DNA of 64,000 nt from a virus (taxonomy: Duplodnaviria; Caudoviricetes), in IMG/VR virus record IMGVR_UViG_3300022660_000065, positions 1 through 64,000 of that record. One strand, written 5' to 3'. Below, in pieces: positions 10,051 through 19,132 of the stretch. The position numbers and the translations under genes were made by a program. The notes below the pieces were generated by a model. The model had not been told where the DNA came from, made no database searches, and worked only from the letters and a program-made list of their open reading frames with translations. Position 1 is the first letter of the stretch; each line of letters begins with the position of its first letter.

Positions 10051-10374
10051 ATGAAGTACGAAATATGCCTTAACGAATCAACTAACATAAGATTCCACGA
10101 AATTTGCAGACATTTACTAACAAATGATGCTTTAGAAATAACAAATATTGTTCTAACAAAGCATAGTAATTTTTGGGAAGCAACAGAATATATCCTTGAT
10201 TCAACATCAGTTAGTCGTATCACCAAAGTGCAAATTGTAACTTGCTTCTTGTATGCTGGTGGTAATGTGAAATTCAATGGGCAATTCTATAAGACATCAC
10301 AAGAGTATTCCTTTTGGAAATACTTGCTTGAGCACCAATTTATTTCAGAAGACGAGTACTATAGTTTAAAATAA
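10051..10374 (+). CDS. second IS passenger, hypothetical
   Basis: 107-aa ORF inside the TIRs, followed by a hairpin at 10375-10401. Confidence 0.65.
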   Translation: MKYEICLNESTNIRFHEICRHLLTNDALEITNIVLTKHSNFWEATEYILDSTSVSRITKVQIVTCFLYAGGNVKFNGQFYKTSQEYSFWKYLLEHQFISEDEYYSLK

Positions 10375-10397
10375 AAAACGCACTCAAAATGAATGCG

Positions 10398-10425
10398 TTT
10401 TAGTGTAAACAGGTATATCGTTCCC
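10398..10425 (-). repeat. right terminal inverted repeat
   Basis: Reverse complement GGGAACGATATACCTGTTTACACTAAAA, 27/28 identical to left TIR. Confidence 0.92.
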
Positions 10426-10433
10426 AATAATAA
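10426..10433. repeat. 8-bp target site duplication, right (AATAATAA)
   Basis: Identical to 8141-8148. Confidence 0.92.
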
Positions 10434-11513
10434 AGTTAAAGATAATACAGGATTAGAGGGTAAAAGAGGAAGTCATATTCCCGTTTCATATGATAATAAC
10501 AGTATCATTGCTGATGTTGAAAGCAACTTTTCATTAAAAGATGTAAGACCTCAGCACTACAAATCTCAATATAATTTAGGTGATAAAGAAGCATACACAT
10601 CCGTTCATCAATTTATTGATAAATCTGTAATGTATGCAGCCTCATCATTAAAAGATGAGAGTTTCATCCCTGATTATATTATCGCCCCACCATCATCTTC
10701 CAACTTCAATAGATATTATTGCATAAATCTAAGCCGTAAACTTGGGTGTGAGTTTGTTGATAATTTCTTTAAGAAAGGACTTTTCCGAGTTAAAGTTATG
10801 GGAGGTCAAGGTACTGAAATCATGAAGAAACATGGTTTTACTGATGAAAGCATTTTTAAATTTGAACAAAAGGTTAAAAATAGTGTTTTCCAGCAAATAT
10901 CATATGACATTCGTAAACCTATTGAACAATTTGTCACAAAATCTATATACACCAAAGCAATAGAAAATGCAATTTTAACTTACCCCCAATTAAAAAAGAA
11001 AACATATGAAGATGTTGTTGATATGATAATTGACGACATTCTCCATGTTTCGATTGATTATATTAAAGACAGGAGGATTGCACAAAATATTATCAATAAG
11101 GCCCTTGAAACTTATGATTATAAGGGAATGTTAGGTATTATTAAAAACCAACGTAATCGAAGAGATATACAAAAAGTTTGTATGACAGTTGCTAAACTGC
11201 TTGAATATTATTCTCAAACTCTAATTGATAGAGGTGGATTTAAGTTAAGGGATGTCCGTGGTGCTAAAATTACAGATTTTGAAAAACGTGAACGTGATTT
11301 CCTCGATGATTGTTATGTTGTTGCTGATAAAGAACTTTCCCAGAAAGGAGGATTGCTTTCAAGATATAAAAATAAAAATATCCTCATTTTTGATGAGGAT
11401 ATAAATAGCGGAGGTACTCTCCGTATGGCAATTAATGCACTTTCAGAACAGACAGGAGACCCGTCTAACAAAGGCGTTATGTGTCTTTGTAATGCTTATT
11501 CAAAAGCGGGATA

Positions 11514-12134
11514 TTAGGAAAATGCTCTCATAACAGTTTTTCCACTGTTAAACAAGCCTTCATATACATACCCTTCAACATATGAAGGGTATTTTTCATA
11601 TTCAAAATCTTCGTCATCAAATACAAAATCAATTTTTATTGTATAAACGTCCCCACATATGTTTCTCGTCTCTTCAATGATATTTTTAAGAATTAAATCA
11701 TTAACCCTATAATCAATTTCTTCATATCCATAATTTTCTACATCTATTGAAACTCTAACTTTCACTTTTTCCCACAAAATATCATCGGATTCTATGAAAG
11801 AACATAAATCTTTTCTAAAATCTATTTCATTATACCAATCAATAAACTTTTTTTCACTAAATTCTTCTTTAGTCATTTCAAGACCAATCGGGCTATCATA
11901 TATCGTTTTATATTCTAATTTAATAAGATAATAATCCTCGTAATTATTTTTCTCCATTTCAAGTAGGAAATTTTCTCTATCCACTATATTAAAACCACTA
12001 TCATTAATAAGTTTATTTGATAGGAGTTTCATGTCCTGTTGTGCTATATCCAAGTCAATATAAGGATATGTATTAACAACTAAACCATCAGTGTCATTTT
12101 CCCTTGTTACTGTAAGAATCCAAATTTTATCCAT
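11514..12134 (-). CDS. hypothetical protein
   Basis: 206-aa ATG ORF. Confidence 0.7.
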   Translation of the reverse strand: MDKIWILTVTRENDTDGLVVNTYPYIDLDIAQQDMKLLSNKLINDSGFNIVDRENFLLEMEKNNYEDYYLIKLEYKTIYDSPIGLEMTKEEFSEKKFIDWYNEIDFRKDLCSFIESDDILWEKVKVRVSIDVENYGYEEIDYRVNDLILKNIIEETRNICGDVYTIKIDFVFDDEDFEYEKYPSYVEGYVYEGLFNSGKTVMRAFS

Positions 12135-12194
12135 ATTTTTTTTAAAATTTATGTTTTAACTTAAATCACTACAAAAACCGTGCCAAATAAACAA

Positions 12195-12218
12195 AAAAGA
12201 GAGGTTTCCCTCTCTTTT
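12195..12218. terminator. intrinsic terminator
   Basis: AAAAGAGAGG-tttc-CCTCTCTTTT just after the stop at 12223. Confidence 0.7.
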
Positions 12219-12222
12219 CTTG

Positions 12223-13026
12223 TTAACTTACAGACTCTGCAAAATCTTCAGCCATTTTCTTGGCATCTTCTAATGTTTTGGCAGTCCATTCCTTTCCATT
12301 ATAATGAGCATCACCTTTCTTACATTTGGAACCTACACCAAAACCATATATTGCTCTATGGGACCAACCATACCATTTCTGTTCTTTTTCCGAAAAACCT
12401 ATATTGACGCCACGTTTTTCTATTCCATGCTTTTCAAAAAAATCTTTTGATTCCTTAAGATTTTTAATTTCCACATATTCTGAGAATGGTTTTCTTTGTT
12501 TTAAACCATCATAAAGCCATTTTTTGAATTTATCAACACCTATTTCTGTTATCGCCATAAACCCTTTCCAATCGGGGGTAAAATTTGCTTGATAAGCATC
12601 TTTGGCTTCTTCTTTGGTTTTAAAACCAAGCATCACCTTACTTTCATCAAATGACCCATCTTTTTTCTTTTGGTCAACAACAAACACTTTATCGAAATCA
12701 AGATATTCACCAATGAACACATCAATATGGTCACCATCATATCCTTCAGTATTTGAAAAATATCCGTAATGATTTTTCAAAACATTAAAACCTTTCTTTC
12801 CCTTATCATCAACCCAATATCTTTTTGAGCCCTTAGCATTTTCAATGGAAATCTTAAAACCACGGATTGTGACGTGGCCCATGGCATAATTGCCCGCTTC
12901 TTTCTGAGCAAGTGTGGGGGATTTATCAGCCTTTTCAGCCTCAGCATCAATGCTTTTCATATCATGATACATCTCCAAAAGAAGACGCTGATACTGTGAT
13001 TCCGTTACTATAATTTTCTTTGACAT
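12223..13026 (-). CDS. leader-tagged InPase (inorganic pyrophosphatase-like) domain protein
   Basis: MSKKIIVTESQYQRLLLE leader; PTLAQKEAGNY..GH, ISIEN.KGS, YGY...TEGYDGDHIDVFIG, VFVVDQ, FDESKVMLGF match the InPase domain of phage polyvalent proteins. Confidence 0.8.
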   Translation of the reverse strand: MSKKIIVTESQYQRLLLEMYHDMKSIDAEAEKADKSPTLAQKEAGNYAMGHVTIRGFKISIENAKGSKRYWVDDKGKKGFNVLKNHYGYFSNTEGYDGDHIDVFIGEYLDFDKVFVVDQKKKDGSFDESKVMLGFKTKEEAKDAYQANFTPDWKGFMAITEIGVDKFKKWLYDGLKQRKPFSEYVEIKNLKESKDFFEKHGIEKRGVNIGFSEKEQKWYGWSHRAIYGFGVGSKCKKGDAHYNGKEWTAKTLEDAKKMAEDFAESVS

Positions 13027-13029
13027 ATC

Positions 13030-13416
13030 TTACAAATGATTTACACTAAGGCCTCCATAAAGTCCTATTTTATCTTCATACCAATCTCTCATTACCTGTC
13101 CAAGAAATTTACTTCTTTCGTCTTCATCAACAAACATATTTTGAAATTTGTCAATTAGAAGGTCAAGGAGTTGATAATCATACATGTTCTGAGCAACATT
13201 ACCCGTTTGAGGATTTATCATTGCAACAATACAGGTATTTGACGGCATGCCATCATCACCAATACCTTCGAGGTTCCCTTTCTTGAAATTATTGTCAAGA
13301 TATTCTTTTACAACGAGAACTTTTTCAGGTGAATAAGGATATTGCTTGCCCATTTCCTCCTGAAGCATCATCTTATATAATTGTTTGCATTGTTTCTCAG
13401 TAATTATAATTTTCAT
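13030..13416 (-). CDS. leader-tagged hypothetical protein
   Basis: MKIIITEKQCKQLYKMMLQEE; late motif at 13439-13448. Confidence 0.75.
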   Translation of the reverse strand: MKIIITEKQCKQLYKMMLQEEMGKQYPYSPEKVLVVKEYLDNNFKKGNLEGIGDDGMPSNTCIVAMINPQTGNVAQNMYDYQLLDLLIDKFQNMFVDEDERSKFLGQVMRDWYEDKIGLYGGLSVNHL

Positions 13417-13524
13417 AACTATCTAATCTATATTATTATATAAATATCTTTTAAAATAACAATATATTTCCAGAAATTATTTAACTAATATATCTTTTTA
13501 ATAAGATATTTATTAGGAAACGAA

Positions 13525-13821
13525 ATGGTCATGGAATACTCTGAAACAGGAAACTTTTCCAAAGAACAACGTGCTTTATGTAAAAAAATCAGAGAGTTAA
13601 TCAACGCAGCAAAGAAAAAGGACCTTGTATTCAAAATCAACAAGAACAAACTTTGTGCATATCTTCTATCCGAACTTGAATTGGCCGCCGATGATAAGGC
13701 TGAAGACCTTAAAGATTATGACCACCCAATCAAATCCCTTAACTGTGGAATCATTAACCAAAACATTGGAGAACACGAGTATTATTGGGAAATTGACGAT
13801 ATGGAAAATGAGGAGGCTTAA
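13525..13821 (+). CDS. hypothetical protein
   Basis: 98-aa ATG ORF. Confidence 0.6.
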   Translation: MVMEYSETGNFSKEQRALCKKIRELINAAKKKDLVFKINKNKLCAYLLSELELAADDKAEDLKDYDHPIKSLNCGIINQNIGEHEYYWEIDDMENEEA

Positions 13822-14993
13822 TTTTCCTCCTCATCATCCGGTTTTATATGAACACTAATACTATCTTCTATTCCCGTAGCCCGTATTTCAAGTTTATCAT
13901 CGAAATCAACCGTAAAGATGAATTCTGATATTGGTTCATCCATATCTAATATCTTTTGAGTTATCCTGTCGAGAATTTCTGTTTCTATCGCTCTTGCAAT
14001 AGGACGTGCCCCATATTCCCTATCGGGTTCAATAATTTTCATCAGATAATCAACAACGCAATCATAATATGTGAACTTAAGCCCCCTTCGTGATAATGTG
14101 TTTTTTACTTCAGTAAGGCGATTATTAATTATCTGTCGTAAGTTATCATCATTTAATGGGTTGAAATATATAATATCATTAAAACGATTTAAGAACTCAG
14201 GAGGGAATTTCTTCTTCAATTCTTTAGTAAGAATGTTTCGCTGATTTTTTTCTTCATCCTCATTAAAGCCAATACCCTTCCCAAGACTTGAAGCAGTTTT
14301 GGCACCCACATTAGATGTGGCAATGATTATAACATTCTTAAAATCAATTTTCATGCCAGTATTATCAGTAAGAAACCCTTCGTCAAGTACTTGCAAGAAT
14401 AAATTATATATTTCAGTATCAGCCTTTTCAATTTCATCAAGAAGAAGCACACAATGTTTCTTGTTTTTAATTGCCTCTGTTAAAAGACCACCCTTCTCAT
14501 AGCCGATATATCCCGGATTTGAACCAATAAGTTTGCCAACAGCAGTTTTATCTGTGTACTCAGACAAATCAAAACGAACAATTTTATTTTCATCGCCGAA
14601 TAATTGTTCGGCTAACTTCTTGCCTATAAACGTATTATGACTCAAAATTCCATTACTATAATATCTATGATTACTATTTTCAGATAAAACCAAATCATAC
14701 ATATTATTATCCACATTTAAATTGTTTACAATAACAATAGTTTCAACCCCATCAATAGTCATAATTTTATCGCCTATCTCAAAATTTTTGGCGAATTTTT
14801 CATTCATGTTATTATCAAACAATATATGATTATCAGCACACCATAGCTCTTTATTGCCATTTGTTTTAATATAATACGTTAGATATGGGACTGTTTTAGT
14901 TATATTTTTAATATCAACCCATCCTTCATCTGTTTCAATTTCATAATCTTCAACATCCACTATATCAATAAATTTACGTTCTATTTTTTCCAT
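13818..14993 (-). CDS. IntC (120 aa) fused to C-terminal part of ClpC-type ATPase NBD2
   Basis: MEKIERK...LWCADNH...MYDLVL...GILSHN|TFIGK, then FDLSEY, GYIGY, LLLDEIEKA, IGF, PEFLNRF, YGARP. Confidence 0.9.
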   Translation of the reverse strand: MEKIERKFIDIVDVEDYEIETDEGWVDIKNITKTVPYLTYYIKTNGNKELWCADNHILFDNNMNEKFAKNFEIGDKIMTIDGVETIVIVNNLNVDNNMYDLVLSENSNHRYYSNGILSHNTFIGKKLAEQLFGDENKIVRFDLSEYTDKTAVGKLIGSNPGYIGYEKGGLLTEAIKNKKHCVLLLDEIEKADTEIYNLFLQVLDEGFLTDNTGMKIDFKNVIIIATSNVGAKTASSLGKGIGFNEDEEKNQRNILTKELKKKFPPEFLNRFNDIIYFNPLNDDNLRQIINNRLTEVKNTLSRRGLKFTYYDCVVDYLMKIIEPDREYGARPIARAIETEILDRITQKILDMDEPISEFIFTVDFDDKLEIRATGIEDSISVHIKPDDEEEN

Positions 14994-16117
14994 GATAAGA
15001 ATTCCAAACATTCATTTATTACATTATTTTCATTTTCCCTAAAATCACTTTCCCATACAGTCAAGACATTAAAACCGTTAAGTTCTGCAATGTTTTTTTT
15101 ATAAGCATCATATTCCCACATTTCTTTTGATGTTTTTTGGGGTTGGAATGGATTAGGATAGTCTGTTGCTTTAAATAATTTTGGGTTTCCATGATATATA
15201 TCACCATTGAATTCTATTATTTTACGTTGATTTAAATCTGTAAAATCAAAAATGTGATTAGAATCATTATGCCTAATATTATATTCACGATTTTTAGAAC
15301 CATAAAATATATAATCACGTAAATCTTCATCACAATATTTTATTAATGTGTCGAATAAATTTTGTGATACCATTGAGTAACCAACATGTAAATTATTATT
15401 CTCATGTAATTTTCTTTGCCATTTTTTTTGCCTCTTTTCCCATATTTCCACCCCTCTTTCTATACCATATTTTTCTACACAAATATCTTTTGAAAATAGA
15501 CGTTGTTTAGAACTAATATTTTTTATTGCTTCTTCTTCAGAAAAGCCCTGTTTTATCCAATATTCCTTGCAACGCCATGACCGTTCTCTTATTTTTTGAA
15601 TATCACAATTAGCTATTTTAGAGTTTTTTTTCTGTATTTCACTAATATTTTTTATCGCTTCTTTTTCAGAAAAACCCCGTTTTATCCAATATTCTTTACA
15701 TAAAATACTTTTTTCTTTAAAAAATTTATTAGCATCTTCCTTACCAAGTTTATCTATTATATCTTTTTTTGTAAATTTCACTCTTTGTTTACATTTTAGA
15801 GACCTATTACGTTGTTCTATACTGCTAAAATATCTTGCTTCTTCTTCAGAAAAGCCCTGTTTTATCCAATATTCTTTATAATTTTTATGTGTTTCTTTCC
15901 ATTTATTTTCACTTTTTTCAGCCTCTTCTTTACCGAATAAACTGTGTATTCTAACCCATTTATTTGGTGGATTATGTCCAATACAATTAATATTTTCACA
16001 TGTTTCTACGATTTTAGACCCCACACGATTTACATGATAGGATATTAATGACCCACATAATTGGCATATTGGCTGTGTATCTGATATCTTCTTATTACTA
16101 TAAAAAAAACCTGCCAT
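14981..16117 (-). CDS. free-standing Vsr-like homing endonuclease
   Basis: N-terminal Cys pairs, three KEYWIKxGFSExEA repeats, C-terminal IIEFNGDIYHG...LTVWESD. Confidence 0.8.
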   Translation of the reverse strand: MAGFFYSNKKISDTQPICQLCGSLISYHVNRVGSKIVETCENINCIGHNPPNKWVRIHSLFGKEEAEKSENKWKETHKNYKEYWIKQGFSEEEARYFSSIEQRNRSLKCKQRVKFTKKDIIDKLGKEDANKFFKEKSILCKEYWIKRGFSEKEAIKNISEIQKKNSKIANCDIQKIRERSWRCKEYWIKQGFSEEEAIKNISSKQRLFSKDICVEKYGIERGVEIWEKRQKKWQRKLHENNNLHVGYSMVSQNLFDTLIKYCDEDLRDYIFYGSKNREYNIRHNDSNHIFDFTDLNQRKIIEFNGDIYHGNPKLFKATDYPNPFQPQKTSKEMWEYDAYKKNIAELNGFNVLTVWESDFRENENNVINECLEFLSWKK

Positions 16118-16175
16118 AAAAAATCTTATTTTAATATAAATATTTTCTACATTTGGAAAAACCGGGCATTTTTAA

Positions 16176-18059
16176 TTATTTAATTTTTTTATAAAATTCT
16201 TCAATTGTAAGTGTTTCTATATCAAGCGTTTTTTTATTCCTGACTTTAATTAATGAATTACCTAAAATGCATTTACCAACTCCCGTTTTTCCAATAACAA
16301 AGAAACTTCCATAAGTTGCGCTGTTAGTGAAACCAACACGATTTCTTCTAATAGCATTGCAAATTTTGTCAATTGCTTCATCTTGGCCAATAACATATTC
16401 TTTCAATTTTTTATCAAGATTTGAAAGTGATTTCTTATCATTGGTATTAAGTTGAGCAAGAGGAATCTGCACAGACCTCGAAAATACTTCAAGGACATCA
16501 TTTCTTGTAATTAATATCGGGTTTGTTTTAATTGCTTTTTTATGCTCCGCTTCAATTTCAATAATTTTTACCGTAAGTTCCTTTGATTTTTTTTCTTTGG
16601 CTTCAGCCTCATCAAATTTATCGTTTTTCTTTAATTTTTCAACTTCTTTATCAATTTCATTTCTCTCAGAATAAAGTTCATCAAGGTCATCTGACCTGAA
16701 AAAATCTATATGGAACTGTGCGCCAACCTCGTCGAGTATATCAATTGCTGAATCAGGAAGATTTCTTTCGGTAAGATATTTGTCTGAAAGTTCGCAACAT
16801 GCAACAATTGCATCATCAGTATATTTTACTGAATGATATTTTTCATATTCAGGTTTTAAACCTTTTAGTATTTTAATTGTCTCATTTACTGATGGCGGGT
16901 CAATATTCACTTTTTGAAAACGACGGCTCATTGTAGGATTTGAATCTATGGTCGTGCGGTATCCCTTAAAATCTGTCGTGGCAATTATCTGAACGTCACC
17001 ATTTTCCAACAAAGAACCCCACACATTACCGGAATCTTTTTCCATTGTACTTTTTTCAGCAAATACAGAGGACACATCGTCAATGAAGAGAATACAATCC
17101 TTAGTTTTCTTTAATTCAGCAATAAGATTATTAAGACGTTCTTCAAACATCCCCCTCCATTGTGTTCCCGCCACAAGACTTGTTGGATTCAACATAAGGA
17201 TTCGTTTATTTCTAAGTTGTGCGGGCACTTTATAATCATTTATCATATGAGCCAAACCATGCACCAATGATGTTTTTCCAACACCGGCCCCGCCAACAAT
17301 TATTACATTGTTTTTCTTTCTTCGACAAAGAATACGAATCATTTCATCAAGGTCATTTTCTCTACCAATGATGTTATCAATCTTCTTTTTTCTTGCAAGT
17401 TCAGTTATATCACTACAATAACCATCCAAAATAGAATTTACTGTTTTTTTACTGTTTTTAACAGTATTACCAGACAATAAATCAGAAAGTTCATTAAACG
17501 AACTGACCCCAATCACTTCAACTCTTCGTGTCGGTGTATAACTTGTTGTTGGAGCCATTTCTTCAACAGATTCATTTTCGTCATTATTAGCCTCATTTTT
17601 TATCATTTCAACTTTTTTCATGACAATTTTGTAATCAACGCCCGCACGATTAAAAACCTTTTTCACTGAATTATTTGGAATATGTTCACCCAGGAGAGCA
17701 AGAAGAACATGAATACTATTCATGGTTTTATCACCCAACCCTTCCATCTCTTTTTCAGCATATCCTAAAATATCTTCAGCATTCTTATCCAATCTTATTT
17801 CCCTGTTAGGGTTGACAGCGGACAACGCTTTTTTATTAAGGAGTTCAAAATATGTATCATGAATTGTATTTAATGCAAGCGATGTTAAATAATTGGTAAG
17901 GATTCCGTATGCATAACAGTCTTTTTTCTGTAAAAAAGCAAGCACAAAATATTCTACCGATATAATCGGTGAAGGTAGTTCCCTACTCAATGAGTTCTCA
18001 ATAAATCCCAACAATTTCTTTAACTCATTAGAGAATTTCTCATTTTCCATGTACTTCAT
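16176..18059 (-). CDS. N-terminal part of ClpC-type ATPase fused to IntN (31 aa)
   Basis: Clp N domain, IIGRE, GGAGVGKT, AGTQWRGMFEERL, RRFQK, LPDSAIDILDE, UVR-like coiled coil, VIGQDEA, second Walker A GKTGVGK|CILGNS...KKIK*. Confidence 0.92.
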   Translation of the reverse strand: MKYMENEKFSNELKKLLGFIENSLSRELPSPIISVEYFVLAFLQKKDCYAYGILTNYLTSLALNTIHDTYFELLNKKALSAVNPNREIRLDKNAEDILGYAEKEMEGLGDKTMNSIHVLLALLGEHIPNNSVKKVFNRAGVDYKIVMKKVEMIKNEANNDENESVEEMAPTTSYTPTRRVEVIGVSSFNELSDLLSGNTVKNSKKTVNSILDGYCSDITELARKKKIDNIIGRENDLDEMIRILCRRKKNNVIIVGGAGVGKTSLVHGLAHMINDYKVPAQLRNKRILMLNPTSLVAGTQWRGMFEERLNNLIAELKKTKDCILFIDDVSSVFAEKSTMEKDSGNVWGSLLENGDVQIIATTDFKGYRTTIDSNPTMSRRFQKVNIDPPSVNETIKILKGLKPEYEKYHSVKYTDDAIVACCELSDKYLTERNLPDSAIDILDEVGAQFHIDFFRSDDLDELYSERNEIDKEVEKLKKNDKFDEAEAKEKKSKELTVKIIEIEAEHKKAIKTNPILITRNDVLEVFSRSVQIPLAQLNTNDKKSLSNLDKKLKEYVIGQDEAIDKICNAIRRNRVGFTNSATYGSFFVIGKTGVGKCILGNSLIKVRNKKTLDIETLTIEEFYKKIK

Positions 18060-18118
18060 TATAAAAACTTGTTTTTCTGAAATAATTTAACTATTTTTAC
18101 AACAAAAATCAATAGCAT

Positions 18119-18838
18119 ATGATATTAAAATCGGTTTATAATGAAAATACTTTAACTGAAAAAGTTTGGTATGATTCTTCATCCGTTGTATATTCGGAAT
18201 TCATCGAACATGAGAACGATAATAATGGTGAATTGTTCGTTACATTTAAAAATGGGGGAACTTATCACTACAAAAATGTGGATATGGTTCGAGATTATGT
18301 AATGTTCAAAAACGGGGGTCTTGATGGGTCACAAGGTAAGGCTTTGAATCAGCACATTAAATCTAAGTATGAATTTGAAAAACTTGAGAATAAGGATGTA
18401 CAGCTTCTTCTTGAAGAAATGAATAATACTATGACTGATATAGAAGCCAAATATAATACAATTTTTATTTCAGGGCATAGAAATATAACTGAAGAAGAAT
18501 TCAATAAAAATTACTGTGAACGTATCCGTGGGGAACTAATTGCCAATCCCGAACTTATGTTCGTCATCGGTGATTATCATGGGGTTGATATAATGGCACA
18601 GAATTTCCTTTTAGACCAACTTGAGATTAACCCTGAAAAAGTCACTGTTTACCACATGTGGGATAAACCAAGAAATGCAAATCCTAAGGTAATTAATTTC
18701 AAAGGTGGATTTACAAGTGATAGTGAACGCGATGAGGCAATGACAAAAGCATCATACCGAGATATTGCTTTTGTTAGAGATAATAAAGTAATGTCAGGCA
18801 CGGCAGAGAATATCCTACGTCGTTTTCTTATTGACTAA
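18119..18838 (+). CDS. KTSC-like plus YspA/SLOG-like fusion protein
   Basis: DSSSV...ELFVTFKNGGTYHY (KTSC-like); IFISGHR...VIGDYHGVDIMA (SLOG-like). Confidence 0.6.
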   Translation: MILKSVYNENTLTEKVWYDSSSVVYSEFIEHENDNNGELFVTFKNGGTYHYKNVDMVRDYVMFKNGGLDGSQGKALNQHIKSKYEFEKLENKDVQLLLEEMNNTMTDIEAKYNTIFISGHRNITEEEFNKNYCERIRGELIANPELMFVIGDYHGVDIMAQNFLLDQLEINPEKVTVYHMWDKPRNANPKVINFKGGFTSDSERDEAMTKASYRDIAFVRDNKVMSGTAENILRRFLID

Positions 18839-18880
18839 CTATTTATTACGAAAATAATGCATTATAAACAATAAATTACA

Positions 18881-19120
18881 ATGGAAAGATTACACAGAGA
18901 ACAGCCTATGGTTGAGGATGTAAAGTTCACCCCTGTTGTTGAGCAGATGGGTGTTGAATATCGTGGTATGAAAGGAGGCGAAGTAGAAGTTGATAACCTC
19001 CCTGTTGACACTATGGAAGGACTCATGGTTTCAACTATGATTCCTGAGGGTTTTTATGCTAAACCTGCAGCACCTGCTGAGGAACCTGAGGATGAGCCTA
19101 CAACAGAAGAAGATATATGA
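18881..19120 (+). CDS. small acidic, probably virion-associated protein
   Basis: Late motif at 18837-18846; codon usage resembles the capsid gene. Confidence 0.65.
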   Translation: MERLHREQPMVEDVKFTPVVEQMGVEYRGMKGGEVEVDNLPVDTMEGLMVSTMIPEGFYAKPAAPAEEPEDEPTTEEDI

Positions 19121-19132
19121 AGGGGAGGGACA

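Larger units (their letters stand above)
8149..10425 (+). mobile_element. IS1595-family (ISXO2-like) element with two passenger genes, 2277 bp
   Basis: 28-bp TIRs with 1 mismatch, 8-bp TSD, DDE transposase. Confidence 0.93.
7499..11517 (+). pseudogene. leader-tagged phosphoribosyltransferase-domain gene broken by TGA at codon 18 and by IS insertion
   Basis: MKLNYNDIRYIINETTK*IIE in frame with the 7676 ORF. Removing the IS plus one TSD rejoins ...KLRPNNKVKDNTG... in frame (578 codons). C-terminal ILIFDEDINSGGTL PRPP-binding motif. Confidence 0.85.

Noticed and set aside
10393-10425. MRFSVNRYIV as the native N-terminus of the PRTase ORF
   Set aside because: Encoded by the IS right end; the native N-terminus is at 7499.
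13027-13032. Read-through fusion of 13030-13416 and 12223-13026 (in frame, one codon apart)
   Set aside because: The stop is TAA and the downstream gene has its own ATG and full leader; ordinary tight packing suffices.
14981-16175. Group I intron interrupting clpC or guaC
   Set aside because: Both loci have intein N- and C-terminal signatures (C1, HN|S/T), separate start codons, and no room for an intron core.
7550-19120. Genome-wide TGA reassignment suggested by in-frame TGAs at 7550 and 19118
   Set aside because: TGA is a genuine stop in coupled ATGA overlaps (26638-26641, 58982-58985); the two cases are local.
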